Shown in pieces: positions 15,750 through 30,500 of a DNA stretch of 64,000 bases (position 1 is its first letter; every line of letters starts with the position of its first letter). The notes beneath the pieces were generated by a model, which saw only the letters and a program-made list of their open reading frames with translations, had not been told where the DNA came from and ran no database searches. Origin of the DNA: the human T2T-CHM13v2.0 reference genome, Homo sapiens; NCBI RefSeq assembly GCF_009914755.1, contig NC_060938.1. One strand, 5' to 3'. The position numbers were made by a program, and so were the translations under genes.

Positions 15750-18350
15750 ATGTTCTCTGGGAGACACTGACATATTGATAATCATGAAATACATCTCAAT
15801 CCTGAAAATACTCATTCTTCTGAAATCTATTTCAAATAATATGAAAATAGCCACTCTAGCTTTTTTTTGGAGTGGTGTTTGAATAAGGTAGCTTTTCCAT
15901 TCTTTTACTATTTTATATTGTTTGCATTTTTGAGTTTAAAGTGTCTTTCTTTTAGCGGACATATTGTTAGGTCTTGCTATTTTATTCTGCTTGATAATTT
16001 CTGCCTTTTAATTGCAGTGTTCAGACCACTTATAATTTATGCAATTATTGAGATGGTGGGTTTTAATTTTCCACTTTGTTATTTTTGTTCTATTTGTCCC
16101 CTATATCTTTGGTTCATTTTTCTCTTCTTTTCTTGCCTTCTTTGAAAATAATTTGAGTATTTTTAGGATTGTATTTTATTTCCTCTGTTGGATTATATAC
16201 TTATACTTCTTTGTTTATTTTTTATGGTTTGCTTCAGCACTTATAAACCTTTACCTTACCAAAGCTTCCTTTAAATGATACTATACTATATCACATATGG
16301 CAGCGGTCCCCAAACTTTTTGGTGCCAGGGACCGGTTTCGTGGAAGGTGATTTTTCCACAGATGAGAGGAAGGTGGTTTTTCAATGATTCAAGCACTTTA
16401 CATTTATTCTGCACTTTATTCCTATTATTATTACGTCGTAATATATAATGAAATAGTTATACAACTCACCATAATGTAGAATCGGTGGGAGGCCCGAGGC
16501 TGTTTTCCTGCAACTGGACAGTCCGCTCTGGGAGTGATGGGAGACAGTGACAGATCATCAGGCATTAGATTTGTATAAAAGGCATGCAGCCTACATCCCT
16601 CATATACACAGTTCACAGTGGGGTTCACACTCCTATGAGAATCTAACGCCATCTAATGACAGGACGTGGAGTTCAGGTGGTAATACAAATGATGCAGAGC
16701 AGCTGTAAATAAACATGAAGCTTTGCTAGCTTGCCCACTGCTCGCCTCCTGCTGTGTTAAACAGAACAGGCCACTGACTGGCATTGTTCCCTGCCCTGGG
16801 GTTGGGGACCCCTGATATATGGTACAAGAAGCTTACAATGGTTTATGTCTATATTTTTGCTCCTGTCCTTTGGGCCATTGTTGTCTTATAGTTTACTTCT
16901 ATGTATGTTATAAACTCTACAACATAGAGTTATTATTTTTATTTTAAACAGGCAATTGCATTTTCAAGAGACAGACAATGGGCAAAATAATACCCACAAG
17001 ATATTTATCATTTGTATGACTTCGTTCTATCTAGTTTCATTTTTCTTTTGCCTAAAAAAGTTCTTTTAGCATTTCCAGTAGTATAAGTCCACAGGTGATG
17101 AATTTCTCAGTTTTTGTTTTTTCAAAAAGTAATTATTTTTCATATTTAGAGTTTTTTTAATACATTAATTTAACATTTTTTCTTTCAGTACTTTAAAGAT
17201 GTCTTTCAACTCTCCTCTTTCTTACATATTTTCTGAGAACAGCATACATCCATTCTTAGTTATGTTCTTCTGTATGTAGTGTATGTGTTTTTCTAGCTGT
17301 ATTTGAATTTTCCTCTTTATGAGTTTTTTTTTTTTTTTGCAGAAAGTTCGTTGTACTATGGCTTGGTGTAGTTTTTAAGATTTCTTTGCTTGGGATTTGT
17401 TGAACATCTTGCATCAGTGAGGTTGTGATTTTTTTTTAATTATTTTTGGAAATTTTAGCCATTGTTGCTTCAAATTTCTTTCTTCATGTACGCTTTCATT
17501 TTTCTAGGATTCCAGTGACACTTATGTTGAACTGCTCTGGAGTCTCACAGGACACTGATGCACGATACCTTTTTATTTCTTTATTTTTTTGGTTCATTTC
17601 ATTGTGTTGTTGTTATTATATTTGTGCTTTATTTTAGGCAGTTTCTATCACTGTCTTGACATTCTTTAAACCTTTCTTCTACTGTGTCTACTCTGCTATG
17701 AATACCATCTTGTGTGTTTTTCATTTTGCATATTGCATTTCTTATATCTCCAGGTGTTATTTGATGTGTTTTATATATATTTAATCTCCTTACTCATCAT
17801 GGTCATGTATTCCTCTAAATTTTTGATCATATGGTGCATCTTTAAAGCTATTTTAATATCTTTGTTTGCTAATTCTGTTATCTCTTTTCTGCATTTTCTT
17901 CTATTGATTGACTTTTTCTGACTTGGGATAATATTTTCTTGCTTCTGTTCCTTCCTATTAATTTTAGCTGGATACCAGACATAATGAATTTTAAATTATT
18001 GGTTGTTGGATTCAGGGTGACCCCAATGCAGATCTTGGGAGCTTTCTCTATGCATCTTCCTCCTCTCTGATATCTACATCTCTCTGAACTTTATCATTGT
18101 CCACCTAACCCAACCAAACTTATAGGTTCTATTTGAGTCACTCTTTCCTGTGCTGTAATAAAACCTGGAAACTGCCTCCACACAGAAAGTTGAAGCAGTT
18201 TTAGGGATAATCTCATTGCTACTCTTTTTTTAGCAATTAAAATACTGTGCCAATTGTTGTCTCATGTTTGAAATATATAGCACTTTTTTTGTCTTTTTTT
18301 TTTTCTAGTGGCTTAAAAAATGGAAAAAAATATATCAGTCTCTTCAGTAG
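15750..18350 (-). mobile_element. Old L1M 5'/ORF1 region, interrupted by MER1A
   Basis: Degenerate antisense L1 motifs (atagccactctagcttttttttgg; tttttctttcagtactttaaagatgtc). Confidence 0.65.
16301..16814 (+). mobile_element. MER1A hAT-Charlie non-autonomous DNA transposon
   Basis: TIRs cagcggtccccaa / ttggggacccctg; 514 bp; 8-bp TSD acatatgg (16293-16300) / atatatgg (16815-16822). Confidence 0.93.
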
Positions 18351-18582
18351 AGGTAGAAGCAGAAATCTCTATTTTTCCTGAATTTTCAAAGTATATTTTG
18401 CTGAACATGGTATTATAAGTTCATAAATATTTTATTTCATTTCCTTGTTGTCTAGTTTATATTTTATGTTTGTTTTTTCATTACAGGAATATAACTTTTT
18501 TTTCCTATTGCTATTTGTATTTTCTCCTTGTAGTTTTTCATTAGTTTATATTTTATTTTTTATTTTTATGATGCCGCAGTAT

Positions 18583-18957
18583 CTTCTGTACTTAATGTTT
18601 GTGTCTCCTCCAAACTCACATGTTGGAGCACTAACCCCTAGTGTCATGATGTTTGGACTTGTGCCTTTCGGGAGGTAATTAAGGTTAGATGAAGTCCTAA
18701 GAGTGGGCCCTCCCAATGGAATTGGTGCCCTATAAGAAAAGATACCAGAGGGTTTGCTGTGTCTCTCTTTCTAACACATGAAGATATAGTGAGAAGGCAG
18801 CTGTCTGAAAACCAGGAAAAGAGCCCTCACCAGAACTCAACTCTTCTGGCTCCCTGATCTTGGATTTCTAGCCTCCAGAACTGTGAGAAAATAAATTTAT
18901 GTTGTATAAGCTGCTCAGTCTATGATATTTTATTATGTCAGCCCAAGCAGAGTTATA
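18583..18957 (+). mobile_element. MLT1A-type MaLR solo LTR
   Basis: aatgtttgtgtctcctccaaactcacatgttg...gcctccagaactgtgagaaataaatt...cagcccaagcag. Confidence 0.85.
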
Positions 18958-19206
18958 TTATTTTATTTATTGTGCTAGAGTTCATAGACTTACTTGAATC
19001 TATTTCATGATACCTTCTAACAGCTTTAAATGCTGTTCATTATATCTCTGAATATTGTTTTTTTCCATTATATGGAAGTTAATTCTTCTGCCACTTCAAT
19101 TACATGTATGGCAGATTCATTCTCCTTGTTCCATTGATATTTACTTATCTTTTCTGGTTTTTGTCCTTATTCCTCTTAAAGTTTTATCTGGATATTTACT
19201 CCCAAT

Positions 19207-19760
19207 TGTGTGAGGCCAGATATGGCGTAAGTATTGTTTCCAGTTGAATGCAATTGGGAAGAAGTAGATGCAGGAAAGCTCTCTGCCTTTCCTCTATTTA
19301 CATAAAAGAGGGATATAAATTTTAAAAATTATGTTTAAAAAAAAAAAGATGTTCCATCTCCTCTCTCCAGGGAGAACAAAGAATAACCACTGAAGACAAC
19401 TATAAACAATTATTTACCTGGAGATAGCACCAAAGGAATCTACATTAACATGCTTTACTAACTAGCCTTTATCTACGATTTATTTACTTTTCCACAATTT
19501 TCTGCCTATAGAGATTCAAAGTCCTTTTTCTTTGATTTATCACTTTTCCAATAATTAACTTTTCTTTGAGATGTCACGTAAGCTGCAATTCAAGTACAAC
19601 TTTTTCAGAATTACTAATTCCTTAGGTACTTCCCATGTGCGTGTTAATATACACGTTAATATACTTCTGTTTGTTTTTCTTGTGTGAAAGTGGAATTACA
19701 GAAGTCTGTTCCAACTAAGAACTTGAAAGGGTTGAGGAAAAATTATTTTTCTTCTATACT
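19207..19760 (+). mobile_element. MER34-family ERV1 solo LTR
   Basis: gcaattgggaagaagtagatgcaggaaagctctctgcc and 3' end gggttgaggaaaaattatttttcttctatac resemble MER34B-type LTRs. Confidence 0.65.
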
Positions 19761-20499
19761 GTTTTCCAACTTTCTAATTTTTCTTTAAAAATACCTAATT
19801 TCCTACTAAACTCATTTATTGAGTTTACAATTTTAGTTCTGACAATTGATGTTTGAAGTTTCTAAATAAGTTTTAATTTTCTTCCAGCATTCTAAATTGT
19901 GCCATTTAATTTATAGCTCATATTAATTAAATTTATTTTAAAGACCATGTCTGATAAGTGGTAAGTCAAATATTTTCTTGTCTTTTACATTTTTTGCTAT
20001 TATATCCATTACTTGTATCTATGCAGTCAATTGTTGCCTTTTTATTTGACTGATTTATTTTTAAATTTTGTTCCAACTATTGGATATAAAAAATTATGGA
20101 AATAATTCCAGTATATGGATAATATTTTAGTAGATTAGATCACATGGAGGATTTACCTTTGCTTAGAAATGGCAAGTAAGCTGGAGGCATCTTCCTCCTC
20201 TCTGATATCGCTTGATATTCACTTGAATCCAACTAGAATTTGAATGAATACAGACCTAAATGTCAGTCATTTTGAGGACTAGCTTATTTGTAATGCACAC
20301 ATGCCCTTTGGAGTAGCCTATTTTTATTGCAATCAAGATTCTGGTATTTCTACAAAGGCTACTCTACCTGGAAAGTCCCAAACTCCATTTACTGTTCTCC
20401 CAGACCCAAGGGACTCTCAAAAAGTACACTCTGCATCTTAGCCTCTCACTCACTTCTATTTCACTATAGAGTCTTCATTTGTATCTAGGATTATGTGTG

Positions 20500-21950
20500 C
20501 TGTTCTTTTCTAATTTTAATTTTCCCATCATTTTTTCTGTATCTGCTAAGATAAACATAGTGATTTTATAATGTTTAACTAGCTTTGCATTCCTGGGATA
20601 AATGTTTATTGGGTAGGATTTTTTAAATGTATTTTTTGACTGGTTTCATAATATTTTCATAAACAATTTGCATCCGAGTTTATGAGTGATTTTTCCTGTA
20701 ATTATCGTTTTTTCTACTTTCAAGGTTATGCTGCTTCATAAAATGCATTGGGGACTTTCCCCTTTTCTGAGTCTTTAGGAGTGTTAGTGTATAACTTAAA
20801 TCATTTATTCCTTGAAAGCTTTCTCAAGTTTTACAGTGAATACATCTGAGCCTGGAATTTTCGTTGTGGAAGATGTGGTATTATAAATTCTACTTCTTTG
20901 ATGATTAAAGGACTATTCAGGTTTTCCATTACCATTTAAACTAGTTTCGAGAGACACTTTTTCTAGGAATTTGTACTTTAAAGCTAAATTTTAAAATGTA
21001 TTGTTATTTACTTATGCATAAACAACTTTATTATTATTTTATGTCTGCATTTTCTGTGGTAGTGTTCTCTTTTTCATTCTGGATGGAATTCCTATTTGAG
21101 TCTTATTTTTTTTCTTAATATTACCAGTGACGTATAAACTATTTGTTCATTTTGTCCTTTAAAGGTACTACTAATGACATTGTTGATATTTTCTCTGGTA
21201 TGTTTGTTTTCTATTCAATTTCAGTTCTTATCGCTACTATTTCCTTCCCGTTACTCCCATAATTTATTTTAATATGTTTTTTTCCTAACTATGGTGGATT
21301 TTCTTTTTCTGCTAATTAATATTTGCTCTTCTTCTTTAATATACATGTAAGGCTAATTTTGTTTTTTTTTTTAAGGGCTGATTTAGTTGCAATACATATT
21401 ATCGATATGTAGTATTTAATAACCATTGAGTTTAAAGCATATTCTGATTTATAAAAAAGAACTTTATTTATCAGTCGATCATTTAGGAATGTTTCTTATC
21501 TTTTAACAGTTATGACTAATTTAAAACTTAATTCATTTTGGTAGGGAACCATGGTCTTTATTATTCCAGAATGAAATATGTTAAGACAATGCCTTATGAA
21601 CTAGTTTACAGTCCAATTTTTAAATAAGCTTTTAGCATATGATATGACTATTTATCTTATAATTGTTGGGCATTATGCACTATACATTCAGCTGTTAATT
21701 ATGTGACTAAATCCTTTATATACTTAATGTCTTTTTTCTTTTTAGTCTATCAGTAACAGAGAAATGTGTATTAAAATATCCACATATTATTTTCAATTTA
21801 CCTATTTGTCCTCATGGTATGACAGAGTTTTACTCTATATATTTTGTTGCTATGCTATTTGGTGATTAAAGATGGTATTGACTTTAAGAGTTAAAAATGT
21901 TAACATTATTAACCCAGATCATCTGTATATTTTTTTCCTTAATACCAATT
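20500..21950 (-). mobile_element. Old L1M ORF2 fragments
   Basis: Degenerate antisense ORF2 motifs (ttgcattcctgggataaa; cagtgaatacatctgagcctgg). Confidence 0.6.
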
Positions 21951-22768
21951 TGATTACCTAGTGTTTTTTTTAAAAAAAGTATTTTGGAAAACATTCCAAC
22001 TTTATTGAAATTGTCGTTTTGACACTCATTATACTATGGATTATAAAATAAATACATCAACAATAACCTGGAGGCAAGGTGATAAAAGATCTGCTATGTA
22101 TCATTTTCTCTACAAATGCAGATGATCAGTCAGTATCAGTAGAAGATTTCTGTTATAGTTATCTACCTGTCTCCTCAGCATAATGAATGTACTTGCTTCT
22201 AAGGAGTGACCAATTATGTCTGAAAATAAAGTAAGATTAATAGGCAGTAATAGGTAACAATGACTCAACTTTTTCCATATGATGTATTTTGTCAAAGTGG
22301 ACTGCCATTTATTTCCCTTAACTTTGTCTAAAATATTTACTCATTTCTGATATGGGAAGTAAAAATTTCAAGACTGAATAGTACTTAGGTTGATAGTTTT
22401 TGTCACAATCATGTCATTTTAAAAAATGTTTCCTGTTAACAGTATCACTGATTAACTGTGTTCAGCTTTTTTACTGATAAAAGTGTCTTTGATGATACTA
22501 TGTTTCCATTAAGAGGATTATTTAATCTCAACTTTCAGGTAATACTGCTGCAAGAGATGAGATAATATCTATGATCTATGTTTTATTCAAAGATGAGGCT
22601 ATTCTGAAAATTTATGCTAGATAAGACTTTTGAATGTCACTATGAACTAAGAAGTAATTACTGTGGAGTCTTTGAATATGAAGCATCATATAAGCAATAC
22701 AGTTCCTTTCCTTTGGCTATCCATTATGGTTGAATAACAATTTATTATGCTTTTGCAGCAAACATGAT

Positions 22769-24061
22769 TATCAGGGGAATCCGCCCCCAATATTTCAACG
22801 ATGTTCTTTCTATTTTCCATAAGTGTTGGCCTTCTAAGAAATAAAGAGAAAGAATACAAAGGGAGGAATTTTACAGCTGGGCTGCCGGGGGTGACATCAC
22901 ATATCGGTAGGACCATGATGTCTGCCTGAGTCTCAGACCAGCAAGTTTTTATTAAGGGTTTCAAAAGGGGATGGGGTGTAAAGCAGGGAGTAGGTACAAA
23001 GATCACATGCTTCAAAGGGCAAAAAGCAGAACAAAGATCACATGCTTCTGAGGGAACAGGACGAAAGGCAAAACAGAACTACTGATAAGAGTCTATGTTC
23101 AGCTGTGCACGTATTATCTTGATAAACATCTTAAACAACAGAAAACAGGTTCGAGAGCAGAGAACTTGTCTGACCACAAATTTACCAGGGTGGAGTTTTT
23201 CCCCACCCTAATAAGCCTGAGGGTACTGCAGGAGACCAGAGCATATTTCAGTCCTTATCTCAACCACATAAAACACACACTCCCAGAGTGGCCGTTTATA
23301 GACCACCCCCCAGGAATGCATTCCTTTCCCAGAGTATTAATATTAATATTCCTTGCTAGGAAAACAATTTAGCAATATCTGTCCTACTTGCACGTCCGTT
23401 TATATGCTCTCTGCAAGAAGAAAAATATGGCTCTTTTTGCCTGACCCCGCAGGCAGTCAGACCTTAGGGTTGTCTTCCCTTGTTCCCTAAAAATCACTAT
23501 TATTCTGTTCTTTTTCAAAGTGCACTGATTTCATCTTGTTCAAACACACATGTTTTACAATCAATTTGTACAGGTAACACAATTATCACAGTGGTCCTGA
23601 GGTGACCTATATCCTCAGCTTACAAAGATAACAGGATTAAGAGATTAAAGACAGGCATAACAAATTATAAAAGTATTACTTGGTTTTTTGTTTGTACACT
23701 GCATATTCTCACTCATAGGTGGGAATTGAACAATGAGAACACATAGACATAGGAAGGGGAACATCACACTCTGGGGACTGTTGTGGGGTTGGGGGAGGGG
23801 GGAGGGATAGCATTGGGAGATATACCTAATGCTAGAGGACGAGTTAGTGGGTGCAGCGCACCAGCATGGCACATGTATACATATGTAACTAACCTTCACA
23901 TTGTGCACATGTACCCTAAAACTTAAAGTATAATTAAAAAAAAAAGAAAAAAAAAGTATTACTTGAGAACTGATAAATGTCCATGAAATTTTCACAATTC
24001 ATGTTCCTCTACCAGGGCTCCAGCCGGTCCCTCCGTTCGGGGTCCCTGACTTCCCACAACA
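22769..24061 (-). mobile_element. MER11 solo LTR (HERV-K11/HML8), interrupted by L1PA2
   Basis: Reverse complement starts TGTTGTGGGAAGTCAGGGACCCCGAACGGAGGGACCGGCTGGAGCC as in the MER11 consensus and ends ...TTCCCCTGATA. Confidence 0.93.
23683..23951 (+). mobile_element. 5'-truncated L1PA2-type 3' end with micro-inversion
   Basis: cattgggagatatacctaatgctaga-gacgagttagtgggtgcagcgcacc; poly-A; perfect 14-bp TSD aaaagtattacttg (23669-23682, 23952-23965). Confidence 0.93.
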
Positions 24062-24347
24062 ATTAATTTGAATGCGCTCCTAAATCATATGTAAGGCACA
24101 CAGGTTGGAGATGAGATAAAATGCACTCTGTGCACTCTGACATACCAAAGTCCTATGTATAATAATGCATGTGTATTGTGTTTTTGAAATAGTTCTTTTC
24201 CAGTAAAATTTCATAATATTGTAACTTTTGGAATATAATTTTACTAGAAAACTTTTTAAATATATTTTCTCACCTCATGGTGTAATCTTTGTTGTCTCTA
24301 ATGCTTAAATATTCATTCAAGAGACCCATAAGACCACTGCCTCCTGG

Positions 24348-24478
24348 TAGGGCAACACTACAATTTATTGTCCAACTGGGACGTTTCAGCTATAAAAATG
24401 TTAATCCAAAGAGCATGGTGGGGCCACAGTTATCAACTGGGACTCCCCCAAGCATCACTATTATATACAGTTATCCTA
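24348..24478 (+). mobile_element. MER94-like hAT-Blackjack MITE
   Basis: tagggcaac...aatttattgtccaactgggac...caactgggac...gttatccta; ~130 bp; ctcct on both flanks. Confidence 0.65.
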
Positions 24479-24619
24479 CTCCTAAGAAAAAAAAAAATAG
24501 AACTAAATAGTCACACTGCCCAAGTTTGATCCCACGAATGAGAAACATGGATGAAGCACAAAAGCAGATCACTAATTAACTACTTTCTAGCCAGAGATTT
24601 TCACTAAGTTCCTATCCTG

Positions 24620-25360
24620 GATGTTCAGTTACTTTGGGGGTTCATCCACTTGTATGTCCTAAATGTTCCTTACATACAATATATCTGAAATTAAATTCAT
24701 CTTTGAAAATCTACTCTCCTGTCGTTATATTCCTTTGCCACATGCAGAAACAAGGGAGTTATTATAGATTCCTCCTGTCACTCACTTCCATAATTATTCT
24801 TTCACCAACTTCATAGATTTTATTCATTATTATCTTCCTTTATTCCAGTGCTTTGGTTCTGCCCATATCAACTCATATTTATAAATATGACTCCCACAAA
24901 TGATGAAAATAATATAATAGCTCCAAAGAGCTGTCCAGACATTTTACTGTTTACATTCTAGGATCTGCTACATTTATTCATTACTATATGTCATCCATAC
25001 CCCCATTTGACTATTTCTGCTTCCTGTGTATATGCTTTGTAATAATACTAAACTGGTCATAATCTCTGTCTAACATATAATAATTCAATACATTCTATGC
25101 CTGAAAATATGACATTTTATTCTTGTAAATTATTCTTCCTTTTTTGATCTAATTTCTACTGTATTTTAAAAATTAAGTTCAAATATTACCTCCTGTAAGA
25201 CTTTTCTGATTCATTTAATTTCATTTAATTTACACTTGTATTTGTATTGCATGTTTTACTAGTTTTATCTTGGCAATTACTAAACTTCATTGTAAGAGTT
25301 GCTCTATTTAGCTCTCTCCTCAACAGGAGTGTAGCCTTCATATGCAGGATAAGTGCATAA
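24620..25360 (+). mobile_element. L2 relic
   Basis: Degenerate L2 motifs (ttcatccacttgtatgtcc; ttcaaatattacctcctgtaagacttttctga). Confidence 0.5.
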
Positions 25361-25907
25361 AGGAATACAGAAAAGTACAGTGTGGGAAAAGTTCAAGATG
25401 AGCTTAGATGTGAGGGTACTGACATCAATAAGTGAAGGTACCTTTCTTGAGATGATTGTCCTTTGGTAGATAAAATAAATCTGTATAGAGTTAATAATAA
25501 GAATATATGGTTTATGCTAGTCAGAAATTGTAGAAGATGCACTTTGAGTTCAGGAATTTTTCTAGAATCAGGTAAGCATTGCAGCATATAAAAAAATGCA
25601 TAATCTGCTTCAAAATTGTGGGGTTTTCTTGTTCCATATTTGTTAATTGTGCAATGTGGTCATATGTTCCTAAGATGCACAATTATTGAAAACTTTAATT
25701 ATAAATATTTAAATATATATGTCAGTAGGTGTGTATATATACAAATATAGATCTATGTTATGCATATGTATGCATGCTGTATATTCTAATTATGCATACA
25801 CATATGTTTGGTATATATACTATATATTCTTATAAGTGGGCTGTAAATGTTTGGCAGCTAAATAGGTTAAAATTTATGCTTTAAAATATTTATTAAATGT
25901 TCAGGCT

Positions 25908-26714
25908 TCAGACATTTTTCAAAAGAAGACATTTATGCAGCCAACAGACACATGAAAAAATGCTCATCATCGCTGGCCATCTAAGAAATGCAAATCAAAA
26001 CCACAATGAGATACCATCTCACACCAGTTAGAATGGCGATCATTAAAAAGTCAGGAAACAATAGGTGCTGGAGAGGATGTGGAGAAATAGGAACAATTTT
26101 ACACTGTTGGTGGGACTGTAAACTAGTTCAACCATTGTGGAAGTCAGTGTGGAGATTCCTCAGGGATCTAGAACTAGAAATACCATTTGACCCAGCGATC
26201 CCATTACTGGGTATATACCCAAAGGATTATAAATCATGCTGCTATAAAGACACATGCACACGTATGTTTATTGTGGCACTATTACAATAGCAAAGACTTG
26301 GAACCAACCCAAATGTCCAAAAATGATAGACTGGATTAAGAAAATGTGGCACATATACACCATGGAATGCTATGCAGCCATAAAAAATGATGAGTTCATG
26401 TCCTTTGTAGGGACATGGATGAAGCTGGAAACCATCATTCTCAGCAAAGTATCGCAAGGACAGAAAACCAAACACCACATGTTCTCACTCATAGGTGGGA
26501 ATTGAACAATGAAAACACTTGGACACAGAGTGGGGAACATCACACACCAGGGCCTGTCATAGGTTGGGGGGAGGGGGGAGGAATAGCATTAGAAGAAATA
26601 ACTAATGTAAATGACGAGTTAATTGGTGCAGTACACCAACATGGCACATGTATATATATGTAACTAACTTGCACGTTGTGCACATGTACCCTAGAACTTA
26701 AAGTATATAAAAAA
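25908..26714 (+). mobile_element. 5'-truncated L1PA (about L1PA4-6) ORF2 C-terminus and 3'UTR
   Basis: ORF 25988-26290 is L1 ORF2p C-terminus ([33 protein letters not shown]); frameshifted; poly-A; TSD aaatgttcaggct / aaaagttccggct. Confidence 0.95.
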
Positions 26715-27599
26715 AAAAGTTCCGGCTAAACACTCTGTCATCGGATTTGTATTTGTGTGCCTTAAAGACACTTTTTATCTTAGGAATGGGCATATTACAA
26801 ATAATACATAATTTTATTCTTGTAGATAAAATTAATTTAGTAGTTACTTTCTAAAAATACAAAATCAATAAAAGTTTTTTCAAAAATAAAAAAATAAATT
26901 TAAACACAAAATGTTCTTTATATTTTGTGAATTCAAAAATCTGAGTAATTCTTTGAATAAAAAAGTTTTTCTAATCACCTCTTAAAGATTGATATTACAA
27001 TTTTATTAAAAACATCATTTTGCTTAATGATAATAGTAATGTTATTGTAGAGAATACAGAAAATTAGCAGGAAATATATGTCATTCATAAACTTGTTATT
27101 CAGATATTACCAGCATTAAAATATTGCTGCCATGTGTTTTAATAAGCTTAGTGCATGTGAATACGCATGGTAGATAAGCAAATAAGTTGAAATTATATTT
27201 TACATAGAGTTTCAGATTTTTAATGTAAGTGAATTTTTCAGACAGTTCCTCTATATTAGTCTTCCAAAATGTGCTTTTAAAAAGCCTGGGTAATGTTTTG
27301 TTATTTATGTATACCTTAACAAATGAATACTTTGCTGTATTTTTTATAGTTTTATGTTATAAGTACTTTAGTATATCACATAATTTTTGTTTGCATCTTA
27401 TTATATTAGCAATTAATTAGGGTCACTTTATTAGGCATTACTATATCAATGTATATTAATTCTATAAAACTACATATTATAGAATTCCGCATGAATCTCT
27501 GATCTTATTGCTCTATTTAACAACCTCACAAGCATGGCAACATTTTCGCCCATCTGATGGTTTCATTTCTTGCTTTGGGTATGTTTACTAAACAGGCAC

Positions 27600-30500
27600 T
27601 CCTAAATATTTTTTCAACTAGCTGTCGAAGATAATAATTCTTTAGTATTTTTTCACGTCTTCAATCATTAAAGGTTTTAAATATTTTTGTAATATTTGCT
27701 TATGATTTTTATTTCTAATTGTATATTCTCTTTGTATCCTTTACTTATTTTAAAAATTCACTTGTCTTTAAATTGATAAGTAAGAATATTTATCTCGTGT
27801 ACTTTCTGCTCACATTTTCCTACATGGTTACTAATTATTTCAAATAGTTTTTAATCTACCAAATCTTAAATGTATATTAATCAACAGTGTCAAATATTTT
27901 AGTGATTTTTAATGTCTTATGCAGAGAAAGTTTCTTGTCATAGTGAGATCAGATAAATAGTCAACTGTGTTTCCTTAGCATTTTTCATGGCATTTGAAAT
28001 TATTTATTTATTTGGGCATTAATTTTGAAATTATTTATTTATTTGGGTGTTAATTTTTCTGAATACTATTAAATATGATACCCTAGCTGGTTTATTTTTC
28101 TCAGTATTTAGACAGTTTTCCTAATGCCATTTGTTTGTGAATATATCACCTTCCTATTTTGTGATGATTTTTAAAATTCTACACCTAAGTTTAGTCATTG
28201 GAATATATTTCTATTTATCAACTTGGCAAATCTTATGATAGCATTGTTCTGTTTTAAATATAAATAGCTTTATAATATTACCTAATACCTTATTGGAAAA
28301 GTGCTCTGTCCTTATTCTTTTTCTTTCTTTCTTAAAGTTTCTTAGCTAAATTAGTATTTTTTCTCTGCTTAGAATTTGCTAAATTTCCAGCCAGACAAAA
28401 AGTTTTGGATTTTACACATTTAAATTATATTATATAAAATAATCAAAGTTTTTACATATTTATGTATGTATGTATATATGTATGCATATATTTATCTACC
28501 CATCTGTCCATCTATCTGTCTGTTCATCTTTGAGAAAACTAACATCCCAGTGATATTCATTTGTTCCATTCAGACTATTTCTTGATTTTAGTTTTTAAGT
28601 ATTTCTTACAAGAAAATCTCTAATTTACTCAGTGTACCATACATGTATTGCTTCTCAATTTTGAATTTTTTAATGTTTGGATTTCTTGTTTTTAAAAATT
28701 TGTTGGTTTTATTTTTTAAATATCTCTCTTACTTTATTATGTAGTTTTTCATATCTTTATTATTGATTATTAAAATAGTACCAAAATACAAGTGCCCCAT
28801 TATTTGCACACGTTTTCCTCTTGGAACTATCTCTATCCCCGCTTTAACTTAGACTTATTGCTCTCTAGACATGCTCCAAACTGTTATCCTCAGACAACCC
28901 TTCATTACTCACCTTGTTAGATCATGGAATCAACTTATTTCTTGGTGCATAGGATTTCTTATCACTTGAATTAATCATTTTATTGTAGCCATCTTCAGAT
29001 ACTTTATGAGAAAATTTGGGGGAGTAAATCTTGTTGAGCTCTTCCACTTCTGAAAATATTCTTACTTAATTTTGTAATTTGGCCTACACGCATTGTTCCA
29101 CTTTCTGTTAACATCAATGTTGCTGATTAGAATCCAGGATTTATGGTACCTGTCTTCTGTTTTTCCTCTCTAGAAAATTTAAGAACTTATGTTTGACTTA
29201 TTTATTCATCCACTAAGTAGTTGCTGTGTGCTGGCTATGGTTCTATGTTGTGTACTTAAAACAGAGCAGTGGGCAAAGTAGGCAAAATTCCTGCTCTTAC
29301 GTAGTTTACCATAGAGCTGGCAGAGAAAGACTAGCAATTTCCTAATGATTAGATCCATGAATGTATCTTTTTATATGCATTGTTAGACTTTCAGCAAGCC
29401 CTTCTAGTCAGAAATAGTGTAATCTTAACCAACAGAAATTATCTTGTATTAGTTTGTAATGACTGAATTCACTTTTTTTTCCCTGAAACATTGTCTCATT
29501 AGAGGTAAAAGTTTGTATAGTAATCTTTTGCAACTTATGCCTTTTATCATGTTTTTCTTTGTTTTGTTCTAAAATTTGGACTCAGTTTCACTTTTCACGT
29601 AATCACACAGGTTTTCTACTATTTTAACATTTTGACTTTATTCCATATACTCATTTTTGTCTCTGATCATTTATTATAGTGTTATATTAATTTATCTCTC
29701 TGTAATATATGTTTTAATCTTTCTGAGGCTACTCTAGTTGAGGTTTTCTTGTGGTGTGTGTGCTCTTTTTATCATTTTACCTTGTATTACTCTTTTTTTC
29801 TGTTTGTTTTAACTTGGTCTCTGGTTTTCCTTAGATGACCTGGAAAACTTAGTTGTATGTCCAAACTTTAAAACAGAGTATAAATCCAGTTGGGAGCACT
29901 GTGTAAAATCTAACCTTATTGACTAGTGAACTTAGCTCACGGGTAAGTGCATAAATTGCTGGTTGTTGCACTGGGCCAAGGGATCACTAAACGTCAGAAT
30001 ATGAAGACCTTTTCTGTAGTCTACAAATAACCAAAAGTCTGCTCTAATTTTTCCAAGGGAGTTCATAATTGTTGTTTTTTAGGAAAATCTTTTCCACTTT
30101 TTGCCTGGGAATTTGAAGGTTGGATTGCTGCCAGGCATTGTGTGCACAGCAACATGTGTGTATTGAGGGGGATCACTGCTGATCCAAATACAAACTTAAC
30201 AACTAATAGCACTGTTTTCTACTGCACATTTCACTTCTCCTTTCCCTCATGCTTAGTATTTCTAGGTACAACTTCTTTTTCTGGTGTTCTGAAACATTGC
30301 TTGCCTCCATTTTCCAATACTATAACCCCTCTTCTACAAGTTCTACAAATCTGATTTGTAGACACTAGAACTCCTTTATCAACTTTTTTTCTTTCTCTTA
30401 TTTGTTAATGTATTTTTCTGTTGATGGCTTCAGACTGGTTTTCCTCATCACTGTGGATAATTTTCTTTCTGAATTGATTTACTGTCAGTTTTATGGTAGG

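Noticed and set aside
25988-26663. Protein-coding CDS
   Set aside because: Frameshifted L1 ORF2 C-terminus in a 5'-truncated copy.
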